Source: Octopus sinensis
Taxonomy: Eukaryota
DNA length: 64,000 nucleotides
Direction: 5' to 3'
Assembly (NCBI RefSeq): GCF_006345805.1
Contig: NC_043016.1
Location: forward strand, 28,830,001-28,894,000
This document shows positions 14,171-26,541 of this stretch, piece after piece. Made by a program: the position numbers and the translations under genes. Position 1 is the first letter of the stretch, and each line of letters opens with the position of its first letter. The notes beneath the pieces are model-generated. The model ran no database searches. It saw only the letters and a program-made list of their open reading frames with translations, and had not been told where the DNA came from.

Positions 14171-14502
14171 GTGAAGGCGCATGGCTCAGTGGTTAGAATG
14201 TCGAGCTTACGATGCTGAGTTTGTTAGTTCGATTCCCGGACCGGGCTGCGTGTTGTGTTCTTGAGCAAGACACTTTATTTCATGTTGAACTCAGCTATGG
14301 AAATGAGTTGTGACGTCACAGGTGCCAAGCTGTATCGGCCTTTACCTTTCCCTTGAATAACACTGGTGGCATGGAGAGGGGAGGTCAGTATGCGTGAGTG
14401 ACTGCTGGTCCTTCATAAACAACCTTGCCCAGACTTGTGCCTCGGAAGGTAACTTTCTAGGTGCAATCCCATGGTCAGTGTCGTGACCGAAGGGGATCTC
14501 AC
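14171..14502 (+). mobile_element. tRNA-derived SINE (family D); a CpG-decayed copy lies at about 48928-49216
   Basis: Pol III A box TGGCTCAGTGG (14182-92), B box GTTCGATTCC (14227-36), central TGTGTTCTTGAGCAAGACACTTTA domain; flanked by (ATGT)n. Confidence 0.85.
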
Positions 14503-14854
14503 CATGTATGTATGCATGAATGTATGTATACAAACAGGGTGTGCGTTGTGCTACATGGATGTATCAAGGGTTGAACAGAGAGAACACAACAAAGAGAAAA
14601 ATTTAGATGAAAGGAGGGCAAACAAGAAGCTGGATGAAAACTTAATGGACAGGGAAATAAAGACAAACTCACAACACAAGGAATATTTGCAGTTGAGTTT
14701 TCCTCGACAGTCAATGAACCAAAATATCATCATGGTTTTGCACCATTATCATTGGGGCCCGCTCAGTCCTGGAGGCACCAGTGCTGTTATTAAGCTAATG
14801 GGAAAAGCTAGTGAATGTATACTGAAACGCATGGGTACCATTGGTGATTTTTTT

Positions 14855-15030
14855 TCCTCTGTCTTCTCCTCTCTGGATCTTTCCTTCTCCTATGTTTCCG
14901 ATGAAGAGCTCCGCTCGAAACGTTAAACCCTCCTTCTTTCCTGAGCGTCCAGTAATACTATATTTGTTCCACGTCCACGCATTGTTGTGTTTTTTTGTGC
15001 TTTCTTGTTTGATTAACTTTATATATATAT

Positions 15031-15065
<35 letters not shown>

Positions 15066-15220
15066 TCTGTCTTCCCTTCTCTGGATCTTTCCTTCTCCTA
15101 TGTTTCCGACGAAGAGCTCTGTTCGAAACGTTAAAACCTCCTTCTTTCCTGAGCATCCAATAATACTATATTTGTTCCACGTACTCGTTGTGTTTTTTTG
15201 GTGCTTTCTTGTTTGGATTA

Positions 15221-15225
<5 letters not shown>
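14855..15225 (+). mobile_element. Two tandem copies of a short (about 165 bp) Penelope-like pLTR-type repeat, each with a hammerhead-like motif, separated by (TA)n
   Basis: Units at about 14855-15020 and 15066-15225 are highly similar; motifs GTTT-CCGATGA-A-GAGC-TCC-GCTC-GAAACGTT-AAAC (14894-14928) and its variant (15102-15137). Confidence 0.65.
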
Positions 15226-15266
<41 letters not shown>

Positions 15267-15365
15267 GTGGTCATGTGGTTGCTTCTCAGTCACATATGGT
15301 TCTAGGCCCTTTCTCACTGTGTGACATCTTGGGCCTTAGATTCAGGCTGACCAAAATGGATACAT

Positions 15366-15398
<33 letters not shown>

Positions 15399-16500
15399 CA
15401 TAGTTGTGCATACATACAAACACACATAAATGTATATGAATATACAAATGTATATACGAGGCATAGATATACTTAATACACACACACACACGTGTACATC
15501 ATCATCATCGTCTTCATGTTCATTTATATATGCTTACTGAAGAAATTTCCTACGGCCGGATGCTCTTCCTGTCGCCAAGCCTTGTTTATATTTGTATATA
15601 CTGGGAAACAAGGAAGGGCATCTGGCTGTAGGAAATTTCCTCAGTGGATTTCGCCAGTAAGCATGGATAAGTGAACATTAAGACGATGATGATGATGAAT
15701 ACATGTGTGTGTGTGTATCAAGTATGTCTATGCCTCGTATATACATTTGTATATTTATATACATTTATGTGTATTTATACGTATGCATATCTCTCTGTAT
15801 ATGTGTGTATGTATACACACACACACACACAAAACGTGTGTACATATGCATGTATGACTACGCATGAATGTGCGTGTATGCACATATATATCTATGCATG
15901 CATGGATGCATAAAATCTACGACTATTCATGAGTGTAGTATTGTGGCGGATGAGTGAACAGATGGTTCCATATTTTAAAATCTTTTGCTGAATTTTTCAT
16001 ATTTTCCCATCAAAAGAATACATCAATATTATGATACACGCTATGTAACATGTGAAACCTCTCGCCCTTGTGGCTAATAATGAATATATTATTGTTATTA
16101 TTTTATAAGTATTGTTATTTTTTTTTTAATTGTCTCCGTATATCGTCTAATGTTTAACAAATAATTACAATGTTAATTGTGATTGATTTTTTTCTTTTCT
16201 TGCATGAGATAATGATTTGTGTCGGTGGTTGGGAGACGGAAGAGGAGAAGGCGATATTGAAATTACTGGTTTATTTATTTTGTTTATTGTATGTCCTCGA
16301 CATTAAAAATATCGACGTTTCTCACTCTCCCCTACTACCATTGATGTGAAGATTTCCGAATCACATTAATATTGATGGCTTTTGCTAAGAGACCCAAATT
16401 ATATGTTTTAATACCTGATGTTCCGTCATACTTCCCCCCGTCTCCCTCTTCCCTATCTCTTTCTCACTCTTTTTCTCCCTCTTCTCTCCCTCCCCCTCTT

Positions 16501-16538
<38 letters not shown>

Positions 16539-18355
16539 GTACATACACAAATGCCTGTATATTCACCACAAATATATTTCTGCTTAATAAGCTTCTATGC
16601 TTGAAGTGCATGAAAATTTCGCCCCTCCTTTTAATCACATTCTAATGCCTTTAAAAATCGTTGGCATTTAGTATATTGTTTTAGATGTATTTGTTTCAAT
16701 TTAAAAAAAAAAAGAAAGAAAAATGGATCGTCACGCTTGGAACAGTCTGCTGGATCGAGAGCAGGGGCTTGAACAGCAACAACGATATTTATATATCAGG
16801 CCCAGTATAGCCTCGTACGCGGTATGAGACTGCTAGAAACAGCAGCCAGATGTATTTCATATCACCATAACATATCTAAAAGAAGGTGGCGATGATATAT
16901 TGAATGATATAGTCCTAGGTACACTGTGTGTGAATGAAAAAAGAACAACAACAAAAAAAAAACCCAAACAAACAATGTTCATAACTGAAACGTCTTTATT
17001 CGATCAATTATCCAAGTAGATCTAGTCTGACTTGTGGCAAAACACCAATAACATTTTAACAATGCATTGCTTGCAAACAATACTTTGCATTTATGAATGC
17101 ATTCGCGCGGGAGCCGCGTATTATACAGTATGTATACAGCGGGAGCCGCTTATTATAATTGAAAATGCTGTTAGCAAAACGACTCTTGTTATAAAAAAAT
17201 AGTTGGCCCTTAAACATATTCAAAATGTTATTCCACTTAATGTTTATTAACCTGTTATAAACGGCTCTGTCTCAAAGTGATCACTATAAACGGCTTTGTG
17301 TATGTTCGCACAAACACAAATATATACATACATTTAAAAAAAAAACACTATTAAATACATCACAAACAAACTGTTGGTCCAGATTATTTTGCAGATTGGT
17401 AGGTTTAGCTATAGGATAGTGTGAATTCTCTTTTAAAATAGAATCTAGGAAGATTTATCGTTTGTGAATTGAAATAATTCTAATGAAATAGCAATTTCTT
17501 GAGAACGGAAGATTTACGAGACAGGTTTTCAACGTCGGTTCTCATAGATATGGAATGGATTTAGGTCAATCTCTTGTTTTATTTTAAAGTATTTTTAGTT
17601 TCAGTCTTACGTGTAAAAAAATGCCCTATTTATTCTTCCTTGTTTTGACACTACTAGAAGAAATAATAAAAAAAAAAAAACATGAATTCACTCCATTTTC
17701 TAAATAATGTTCTTTTTTTTCTCTAATTGATTAAGTTCAAAGGTATTATATTTTCTTTCTTCCTTACTACCTCTGACCCTTATTTTTGATTATCTCTTCA
17801 AGTTCTATTAGTTTCCTGCTTATTTTTATAGTACATACTCTTGAATTTTTTCTGAAATTAATTTAAATTTATAGGTAACTACCAAAGTTTTAAACTCATT
17901 ACAGGTGCGGTTAGGAAAGGAGTGTGTCTATTTTTTTTATTTTTTTATAAAAGTCAAGTCATTAAGGGCGAATTAATGATCGATTTTTAACCTTGACGCA
18001 AGTCAACCAGTTTTGATAATTGGGTACAATTAAATTAATTGACTTAGTGCCTGATTAGTACTTATTCTAATGTAAAGAGAGAGAGGGAGAGGTGGGGTAA
18101 AAATTACGAAAGTAAAAATTGGGGTGTGGTTTAGTACACAATACACAAAATTATATATCTTTTCATCTTATCTTACGAAAATCCCTGTTCGAAAATTGTT
18201 CAGGCTTCTCTATACAGCATACTAAAGATATTTCAATTTGACTCTGCTAATAAGCAATAAAGCCACTGGATTAAAAACTGTTTACAAAATATTTCTTCGA
18301 CTATAATTCGTTCTATTTTTAACTCATTCAATACGTACAAGTGGAATCAGTTAAA

Positions 18356-18869
18356 TCTCTATATATAAAACTGTAGTTGTGTGAGTGTCTGTCCCTTCGA
18401 TTTAGATTCCTAACTCCTCCCACATTTTGCGGTGCAGTTTAACCAAATTCGGGTATCTTATAGTCGTGATTCATATCGAGCCCGTCTGGCTATTATCGCG
18501 CGCGTCTACGATGAGTCTACTACGATTTTAAAATATTTAACATCATTTTTTATTCCATTTTAATGCATAAAATGCATCGTATGTCGATGGCGGCGGAGTT
18601 GGCGTCCATGGTCACACCTGCACCTGTTTGCTTCTCCCCCTTCTTCCCTCCCTCGTGAAGTTGTGGGGAAGGGAGTGTAAGAAAATCAACGTCGTAAGCG
18701 TTGTCAAGGAGACCAGCGTTCTTTAGAACAACGACTTCATGGCTTGAAGACACCAAAACAGAAATGGCTAAGAAAGCCCGAATGGCATCTATAAGGGAAG
18801 TAACTCTCTAAAAATGCTTATATAGTTATTTCCCTTACAAACCCGAGCAACGCCGGGCGATACTGCTAG
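18356..18869 (+). mobile_element. Non-autonomous Helitron (514 bp)
   Basis: 5' TC terminus (TCTCTATATATAAA), 3' CTAG preceded by a CCCG-A-GC-AAC-GC-CGGG hairpin (18842-57), inserted between A (18355) and T (18870) with no TSD. Confidence 0.85.
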
Positions 18870-19583
18870 TTAGTTATAAAAACTCCCATTTTCTCATGTG
18901 TTTGTATTTCAACAGATGACGGCGAATTCAAGATTTATGTATAGCTATTGATCTAGTTATATTTCTCTATTGCACTTCATAGGTAAAAAGTATATTTTGA
19001 ATAATCTTTTGTGTTACTTCGCGCCTTGCGTTGTTTAGACGTATAAATTAGAAACCTTCCCTCTTCACACACAAGAAAGAAAGATACACAATAACTTGGT
19101 GTTATGACATGTCATTCAAGACAACATTCCAAGGGTAACTAAGTACAAACCAATGAAAATATCAGTTATTGATTCAGTTTCATAGTTGACACCCATCTTC
19201 CCTGGATTTTGCTGTTTGACAGTTTGTTGTTAAATAAGTTTACAATAGCTAAACTTTTAATGGTCCCTTACTTTTGCTCTCTCACACTGGACTTTATCAG
19301 ATTGACTTCGTTCTGAATACACTTTATAACAGAGCCTTTGTGAAAGGTTACCAAGTGTCTTTCTTTCTGTGGCTTAAAACGGAGCTGAGTCTATAACTTG
19401 GGTTTCAATTCCCAGTCGTTGTTAATTCATTGGCTTTCATCTGCTTTGTTATGCAGTATGTTCTCAGTGTTTCTGGATACCTGATTTTACGATAATTTAG
19501 TAGTGGAGTTGTGTGGGAATTAGATGACTATGTACCGTGTAAATACCCGTATCTTTGACTTCAAATTGATATTTGTCTTACTT

Positions 19584-19947
19584 TCTTTTACTTGTTTCAG
19601 TCATTTGACTGCGGCCATGCTGGAGCACCGCTTTAGTCGAACAAATTGACCCCGGGACTTATTCCTTGTTAGCCTAGTACTTATTCTATCGGTCACTTTT
19701 GCCGAACCGCCAAGTTACGGGGACGTAAACACACCAGCATCGGTTGTCAAGCGATGTATGTGTGTGTGTGGGGGGGACAAACACACATACACACACACAC
19801 ATACATACATACATATACGACGAGCTTCTTTCAGTTTCCGTTTACCAAATCCACCCACAAAGGTTTTGGTCGGCCCGACACTATAGTAGAAGACACTTGC
19901 CTAAGGTGCTACGCAGTAGGACTGAATCCGGAACCTTGTGGTTGGTA
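19584..19947 (-). mobile_element. tRNA-derived SINE family A (CORE-like, internal (CA/TA)n, GAAACAAGTAAAAGA tail), slightly 5'-truncated
   Basis: Near-identical to 21497-21908 (-) and 59908-60290 (-); more decayed copies at about 20660-21025 (-), 29431-29846 (+), 40500-40890 (-), 42850-43250 (+), 52121-52530 (+) and 53205-53520 (-). Confidence 0.85.
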
Positions 19948-21408
19948 GATTTCTTTTAAAAATAATGCTTAGACCTAGTGGCGGGAGATTCAGTGTAGTG
20001 TCAGACAAAATTTTTATTTTCATTTAAGTTCTGAGTTCAAATAGTGCTGTGTTGAAGTTTGCTTTTAACCCTTCCTTCAATTAATGCAATTGAACATAAT
20101 ACGGTTGAAGAGTTAGGTAGAGCATTGACATCAGGCTAATGCTGTGATACAAACCGTATTCTTATAGATCTCCCTTTTTGTGGAACAGGAACAATGTTGT
20201 TCTGCTTGAATTCCTATGGATCTTGACAGGTGATGTAAGAATTTAGAATTATAAGCAGTAAAAGAAGTGACTTGGGATTCAAAAGAACCTTTAGAGGCAC
20301 ATTATCTACACCACACAATTTGCTGGTTTTGAACTGTTTAACAGCATTTAATGTTTCATCGAAGGTAATTTCACTGATTGAGAACGAATCAAATTGAGCT
20401 GGCGTGTATGAAGTGAAAGCCTAAAGGCAGGAACACGAACATGGGAAATGGACACAAGATGTGTTGGTGGTCGGCAGTCAGGCCACACAGAAAGTTATAA
20501 ATAGACACAGAAATACGTAAGATGTAAATATGGAAAATAATTATTATCGTTATTTCATTAAGTAGAAACCTAGATTAGTTGCTGAGATTAGTGACTTTAA
20601 TAGAAAGATTGCATGGCAGTATTGGAGACTGTGTGTGTGTGTGTGGGCATCTCTCTTTCGTCTCTTACCTTTTACTTGTTTCAGTCATTAGACTGTGGCC
20701 TTGAAGAATTTTTAATCGAATGAATCACACCAATACTTACTTTATCAGTTTCCTTTGCCAAATTGCTAGTTTACAGGGATATAAACACACAAACACCAGT
20801 TGTCGTACAGTGGTGGGGGATACACAGTCACAAAGACCACACACACATATACACATATATATATATCGATGGGCTTTCAGTTTTTGTCTACCAAATCCAC
20901 TCACAAGTCTTTGGTTGGCCCAAGTCTATAGTAGAAGACACTTGCCCAAGGTGGCATGCACTGGTACTGAACCCAAAACCATGTGGTTGGGAAGCAAGCT
21001 TCCTACCACACAGCCACACCTGTGCCTATCTATCTACACAGATGCGCGCATATATAATTATATATACATCTATATAATATATATATGTGATGATGATGAT
21101 TGTGTGTGTGTGTGTGTATGTAAATATACAAATGTGTATGTGTGCTTGTATATATATATATCATCATTATTGTTTAACGTCTGCCTTCCATACTGGCATG
21201 GGTTGGATGGTTTGACAGGAGCTGGCCAGGAGCCTACACCAGATTTCTGTGTCTGTTTTGGCATGGCTTTTATGGCTGGATGCCTTTCCTAACACCAACC
21301 ACCCAGGAGAGTGGTCTGAGTGTGTTTTCGTGGCACCACCACAGACGAGGTCAGAGTTTTTACAGCTGGATACCCTTCCAGAATGCAGCAAAAAAAAATA
21401 GAAAGCAA

Positions 21409-21496
<88 letters not shown>

Positions 21497-21499
<3 letters not shown>

Positions 21500-21705
21500 T
21501 TTTATTCTTTTACTTGTTTCAGTCATTTGACTGCGGCCATGTGGAGCACCGCCTTTAGTTGAGCAAATCGACCCCGGGGCTTATTCTTTGTAAGCCCAGT
21601 TACTTATTCTATCGGTAAATTTTGCCGAACCGCTAAGTAACGGGGACGTAAACACACCAGCATCGGTTGTCAAGCAATGCTAGGGGGACAAACACAGACA
21701 CAGAA

Positions 21706-21736
<31 letters not shown>

Positions 21737-21908
21737 CATATATACGACAGGCTTCTTTCAGTTTCCGTCTACCAAATCCAGTCACAAGGCATTGGTCGGC
21801 CCGGGACTATAGCAGAAGACACTTGCCCAAGATGCCACGCAGCGGGACTGTACCCGGAGCCATGTGGTTGGTAAGCAAGCTACTTACCACACAGCCACTC
21901 CTGCACCT
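21497..21908 (-). mobile_element. SINE family A, full length
   Basis: Minus strand starts AGGTGCAGGAGTGGCTGTGTGGTAAG (A-box-like), followed by a B-box-like GGTACAGTCCC, GCATCTTGGGCAAGTGTC core and the TTTTAC-repeat tail. Confidence 0.9.
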
Positions 21909-22460
21909 ATGTATATATATATATATATATATATATTTATTTCCCCTCATCTATAAAAGAAACCATTGCAATATAGATCTCTGCAATATAGATCTCTGCT
22001 ATTTTGGAACAGTTTATTTTTGCTGTGTTTTTACTCTAAGATGTTAATTTCCTGACTTGGATATATTCACGGGAATCTTTCGCTGATATTCTGCGAAACT
22101 GGTAATTTTAAAGCTAGTCACAGACTGTGCTGGCTTTGTGGAGACACAGCTGCAGATGCTGATACAACAAATCAAGTTTGTGATGGTGGTGATGTTGTTA
22201 CCAAGGTGATGGCACAGCAGCTATGAATCAAAACTCCACTGCTGTTTAAAAGGTGACAGCAAAGAACAGCTGTTGATGAAGGAAGGGAGTAGAGAGAGAG
22301 AGAGAGTCAGCCCATTGTCAACAGCACAGATAGATGGCTGAGAAAGGTGTTTGGCCATCTGAGTCTACACACAAACTAGGTCAATTGATTCACTGCAGCA
22401 AACCTTCAGATTGTTGTTGCCCTTGTGGAATAAAACAATATCATTATTATTATTATCTTA

Positions 22461-22675
22461 AGGTGGTGAGCTGGCAGAATTGTTAGTATGCTGGACAAAA
22501 TTTCTAGCAAATATATCGGCTGTTTTCGTGTTCTGAGTTCAAATTCTGCTGAAGTTGATTTTGCCTTTCATCCTTTCAATGTTGATGAAATAAGTATCAG
22601 TTGAGTACTGGGGTTAATGTAATCAATCTAACACTCTTCCTTGAAATTTCAGGCCTTGTACCTATAGTGGAAAGG
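22461..22675 (+). mobile_element. tRNA-derived SINE family B with the CCTTGTGCCTATAGTAGAAAGG-(ATT)n tail
   Basis: GGTGGTGAGCTGGCAGAA head and GAGTTCAAATTC B box; similar copies at 26313-26529 (+), 41574-41777 (+), about 45085-45296 (-), 49270-49480 (-) and 61574-61828 (-), mostly within (ATT)n runs. Confidence 0.85.
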
Positions 22676-22683
22676 ATGATTAT

Positions 22684-22743
<60 letters not shown>

Positions 22744-22789
22744 AAAAAAAAAAAAAAAAAAAAAAAAACGAAGCTCAGGTTTGGTCTTA

Positions 22790-22972
22790 TTCTTGGTTGG
22801 AGTTCTGTGGGTAGCAGCTTACTACCTGTAACCTTAGGTGTCCACACATTTTTGGTAGTCTTTCAAATGCTTAGAACCCTCCTGATGATCCTTGCTGTCC
22901 CTAAGAAGCAAACTTTTTGTGGGAGTTCTACCGGGCCAAACTCCTTCAGCCATTTGTCTATATTTTGGCTTA
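22790..22972 (-). mobile_element. R4/Dong-clade (RLE) LINE 3' fragment
   Basis: Minus strand reads QNIDKWLKEFGPVELPQKVCFLGTARIIRRVLSI*, matching the QK..LLGTA.ILR C-terminal motif; (AAT)n at the 5' junction. Confidence 0.7.
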
Positions 22973-22985
22973 TTATTATTATTAT

Positions 22986-23233
22986 AGACGTCACACAGTA
23001 TGCAATATTGTGAGGTTGTTGATTGAAGATATTGTGTCTACCAGGGGTTTGTACTGTCTGTCAAGTCACAAAAAGGACTTCAGACAGACAGTACTTTATC
23101 CAATATGTGTGCAGTTCCAAGTAATGCCAACTTTTGCAATACATCTAGATTATAGGGTATTTCTAAAGTTTTCAGATGTTTCTTCAGATTGGGTGGTATT
23201 GAATCCAGTGCGCCGATGACAATAGGGATAACC
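22986..23233 (-). mobile_element. R4/Dong-clade LINE 3' end
   Basis: Minus strand reads VIPIVIGALDSIPPNLKKHLKTLEIPYNLDVLQKLALLGTAHILDKVLSV*, then a 3' UTR ending in (AAT)n. Confidence 0.8.
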
Positions 23234-24666
23234 TTCGAAGCCTAGGGTTTCTCCCAGGACATCGTCACACTTAAACTCTACTAACCCTCTATAGAAGAAT
23301 GAGGTAGTACCCCTGCCACCGGCGTTGCCCGACTGGGAGAGAAGCACGAGTGCCTGATGGCATTCTACATGCCACACACCCAACCTCGGTCTACACTTGA
23401 TCCATGGGTTCAGTTTGGTAAACGATGGGGACTATGGAAATAACAGCTTGATGAACGGAAACCACACCTGCTTACCGTCCAGGTAAAGCCAGAGGTGCTT
23501 AAGCCTGAGCGCATGTCTGTGCATTTTTAGCCACGGCATCCCTAACCCACCCTTCAGCGGCTTTTGGCAGCAGATAGAGTGCCTTACAAGAGGTCTGCTG
23601 CCCCTCCACAAAAAGTGAAAGAGCATGCGTTCCAGCTTGTTCAGCTACGAATCGGGGCAAGGCACGATGGGCAGGTGGTAAATGATTACAGAGGTGATAA
23701 ACACCTCTGCAACCTCTGCCCTCCTTTTCAAGGACAGCTTCCACTCAGACCAGATCTGAGTTAGGAGAGCTACCTTTCTCGCCACCTCGCTCCAATTCTT
23801 CTCTATCTGGAGATCTGGACCTAACCAGATTCCAAGCATTTTCACTGGCCCTTTCGTCCAACGTCTTACGACGCTGTCGGAAGGCATTGACTTTCCCCTC
23901 CAGGTGCCGAGTTGCAAGCCGACTGATTTATCCCGGTTGACTTTTGCTCCTGCCACCGCTTCGTAATCCCTTAGGCCTCACCTACCCACTGTAAGTGCTT
24001 GACCCGGGATACGATGACGGTGATGTCGTCCGCATACGCTGAAGCTGGCTTTCCGCACCCTAGATCTTGCGGAGCGCCCCTCATAGTTTCCAACCTCCTC
24101 AGCAATGGCTCGAGGGCCAAAACATAGAGAAGCGGGGAGAGAGGGCACCCTTGACATACTAAACGTTCAATGCGAAACGGCTATGAAAAGAAACCGTTCA
24201 CCCGAACTACCGATTCGCTGTTGCTGTATAAAGCGTTGATCCATCCGCGGAAGGTCTGGCTGAAGCCAGCCGCCATGAGGACCGCCGCCAGATACTGATG
24301 GTCTACCCTATCAAACGCTTTAGATTGGTCCAAATGGACCATAGCCCCACCCTTGCCAGGAATCCTAGTTACCCTTTCTAAGGCATAGCATAGAAAGTGG
24401 AGATTGTCGTGGATGGTCCTTCCAGTGATGGCACAGGTTTGCGCCTCGCTAACAAGTTCACCCACGACCCGTGCCAACCTTTTTGCTAAGACCTTGGCCA
24501 AAATCTTCATCTCTGCGTTAAGCAGAGTGATGGGCCGAAAATTATCAATTAAATCCCCCTTGTTTAGGTCCTTTCTTAACAGCGCTACCACCCCTTGGCT
24601 CACAGACTTGGGAATTCTCCCGTTCTGCTGCCTGTTGGTGTACATGCATGCAAGTAGGTTACCAAA
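23234..24666 (-). mobile_element. Tx1/L1-clade LINE RT fragment (second subfamily), truncated at both ends and frameshifted
   Basis: NFRPITLLNAEMKILAK, GRTIHDNL, LDQSKAFDRVDH, SAYADDIT, GAKVNRDKS and PLKGGLGMPW motifs; homologous to but clearly diverged from 11611-13785. Confidence 0.93.
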
Positions 24667-25847
24667 GTGAGAGAGAGAGAAAAAGTGAGAGTGAAAAAGA
24701 CAGTGAGTGGTGATGATGTTCGTTTTGTGTTTTGAAATGTTTATCACATCGCAAGAGAAGTAGATACACAGATACATATACACATTGTTAAATCATAAGT
24801 GGGAGAGAAGAGGGAAACAAAGTAAGTGAAAGAGAACAAGAGAAAGTGTGAGAGAGAGAGAGAGTAGATACATAAATCGAAAGAAAAGTTCATACATAGA
24901 TACATAGACACACAAATATTGGATGTCAGTTTCACTTTCATCTGAGGTCCTGGTTGTGACTTGACAAACAGTACAAACCCCTGGTAGCAAACCGACACAA
25001 CGATAAAATTAACTCACAAATGGCTGAGTACTCCGCAGATACATAGACACAGCAAATATTGGATGTCAGTTTCACTTTCATTACCACACGATGATAAAAT
25101 TAACTCACATATGGCTGAGTACACTACAGACATGCATAAAATTAATGTAGTTCTCAGGTAGATTCAGCCTCACACAGAATATGACATCTCTGGCCCCTTT
25201 GAATCACAGCTACAACTCGAGACATATATATATGAATGTATTTGTGTGTGTGTATAGTTTACGTTAGTTAAAACATGTTTGCAATAAGTGTTGCATGCTA
25301 GAAATAAATGCAATTACCAAACTTTCATTCATATATCCATTTATTTTTTAATCCTTTTGCATTTCAATTTGTACATTAAGGTTCTTTGAATATGGACGAT
25401 GTATTTCAAGGTTAAATAGTAATTCCGTCTACGTTTGTGTAACTGAGATGTTTTGGTTGGATCATGTAGTCATTGAGGTTACATTATTTTCTATATTCTG
25501 TAACTGTCACAATATACTTTTTTTTAGGCCTGAAATTTTTGTGGGGGGGGGGGGGGGGGGGGCGGGGCAGTTGATAGATCGACCTCAGTACGCAACTGGT
25601 ACTTAATTTATCGACCCTGAAAAGACAAAAGGCAAAGTCAACCTCAGCAGAATTTGAACTCAGAACATAGACAAGATGGTCACAATATACAAACATTTCT
25701 CATGGCACCAGTACACTGTTTACAGATACTTTCCTTTTTTATGTTTTCCGTGAATTTTTCACAGGTCCTGCTAGTTATTATTATTATTTTTATTATTATT
25801 ATTATTATTATTATCATCATCATCATCATCATTCATCATCATCATCA

Positions 25848-26224
25848 TTACCTCTGCCTTAGTGAAGGTGGAGGTATTGTTTCCAGTTGTATTTATTTGT
25901 TTGTTTGTCCATGGACAAGACATCCCAAGAACCGCTGGTTGGATTCGGATGAAACTCTCAGGGATGTTTGGCCTCGTGACTGGCATTAAGTGATTAGATT
26001 TTGGGATCGATCTGGTACCGGACAAGGATTCTGGATTATTTTTCTGGCTTTTTTACTTAATTTTTGAAAGTGATCGGGTTCATTTTTAGTATTTTCATTT
26101 GTGAGAGCAGTCGAGTCGAGTTTATTTCAGATATTCTTATTTTAAAAATCATCTCTGGCTAATCATTGAAAGGATGTTGGTGTTGCCTTGGCAGAGGTTT
26201 TGCACTCTCTGAGTGCTCTTGCCG
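25848..26224 (+). mobile_element. Helentron-associated non-autonomous element (HINE / DINE-1-like)
   Basis: 5' TTACCTCTGCC with a local inverted repeat; (TTTG)n microsatellite near the 5' end; 3' subterminal inverted repeat GGCAGAGGT (26190-98); 3' hairpin GCACTC-TCT-GAGTGC (26202-16). Confidence 0.75.
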
Positions 26225-26258
26225 TTGTTGTTGTTGTTTATTATCATCATCATCATCA

Positions 26259-26294
<36 letters not shown>

Positions 26295-26541
26295 GTAGTA
26301 GTAGTATTGTTAAGGCAGCAAGCTGGCATGGCAGAATTGTTAGCACACTGGGCAAAATGCTAAGCTGCATTTTGTCCATCTTCATATTCTGACTTCAAAT
26401 TCCACAAAGGTTGACTTTGCCTTTCATCCTTTCGGAGGTGATAAATTAAGTACCAGTGAAACACTGAGGTCGATATAATCGACTAGTCCCCTCCTCCAGA
26501 TTTCAGGCCTTGTGCCTCTAGTAGAAAGGATTATTTTTATC

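Noticed and set aside
14171-14245. tRNA gene
   Set aside because: A and B boxes are present but there is no convincing acceptor stem or cloverleaf, and the sequence continues into a SINE body; the same applies to 63751-63830 and the family A/B heads.
14471-14926. 151-aa plus-strand ORF
   Set aside because: It spans a SINE end, a microsatellite and the pLTR-like repeat. A faint resemblance of KASECILKRMGT to GIY-YIG C-termini is too weak to call.
18550-18756. 68-aa minus-strand ORF
   Set aside because: It lies inside the non-autonomous Helitron, with no Rep/helicase or other recognisable motif and no splice support.
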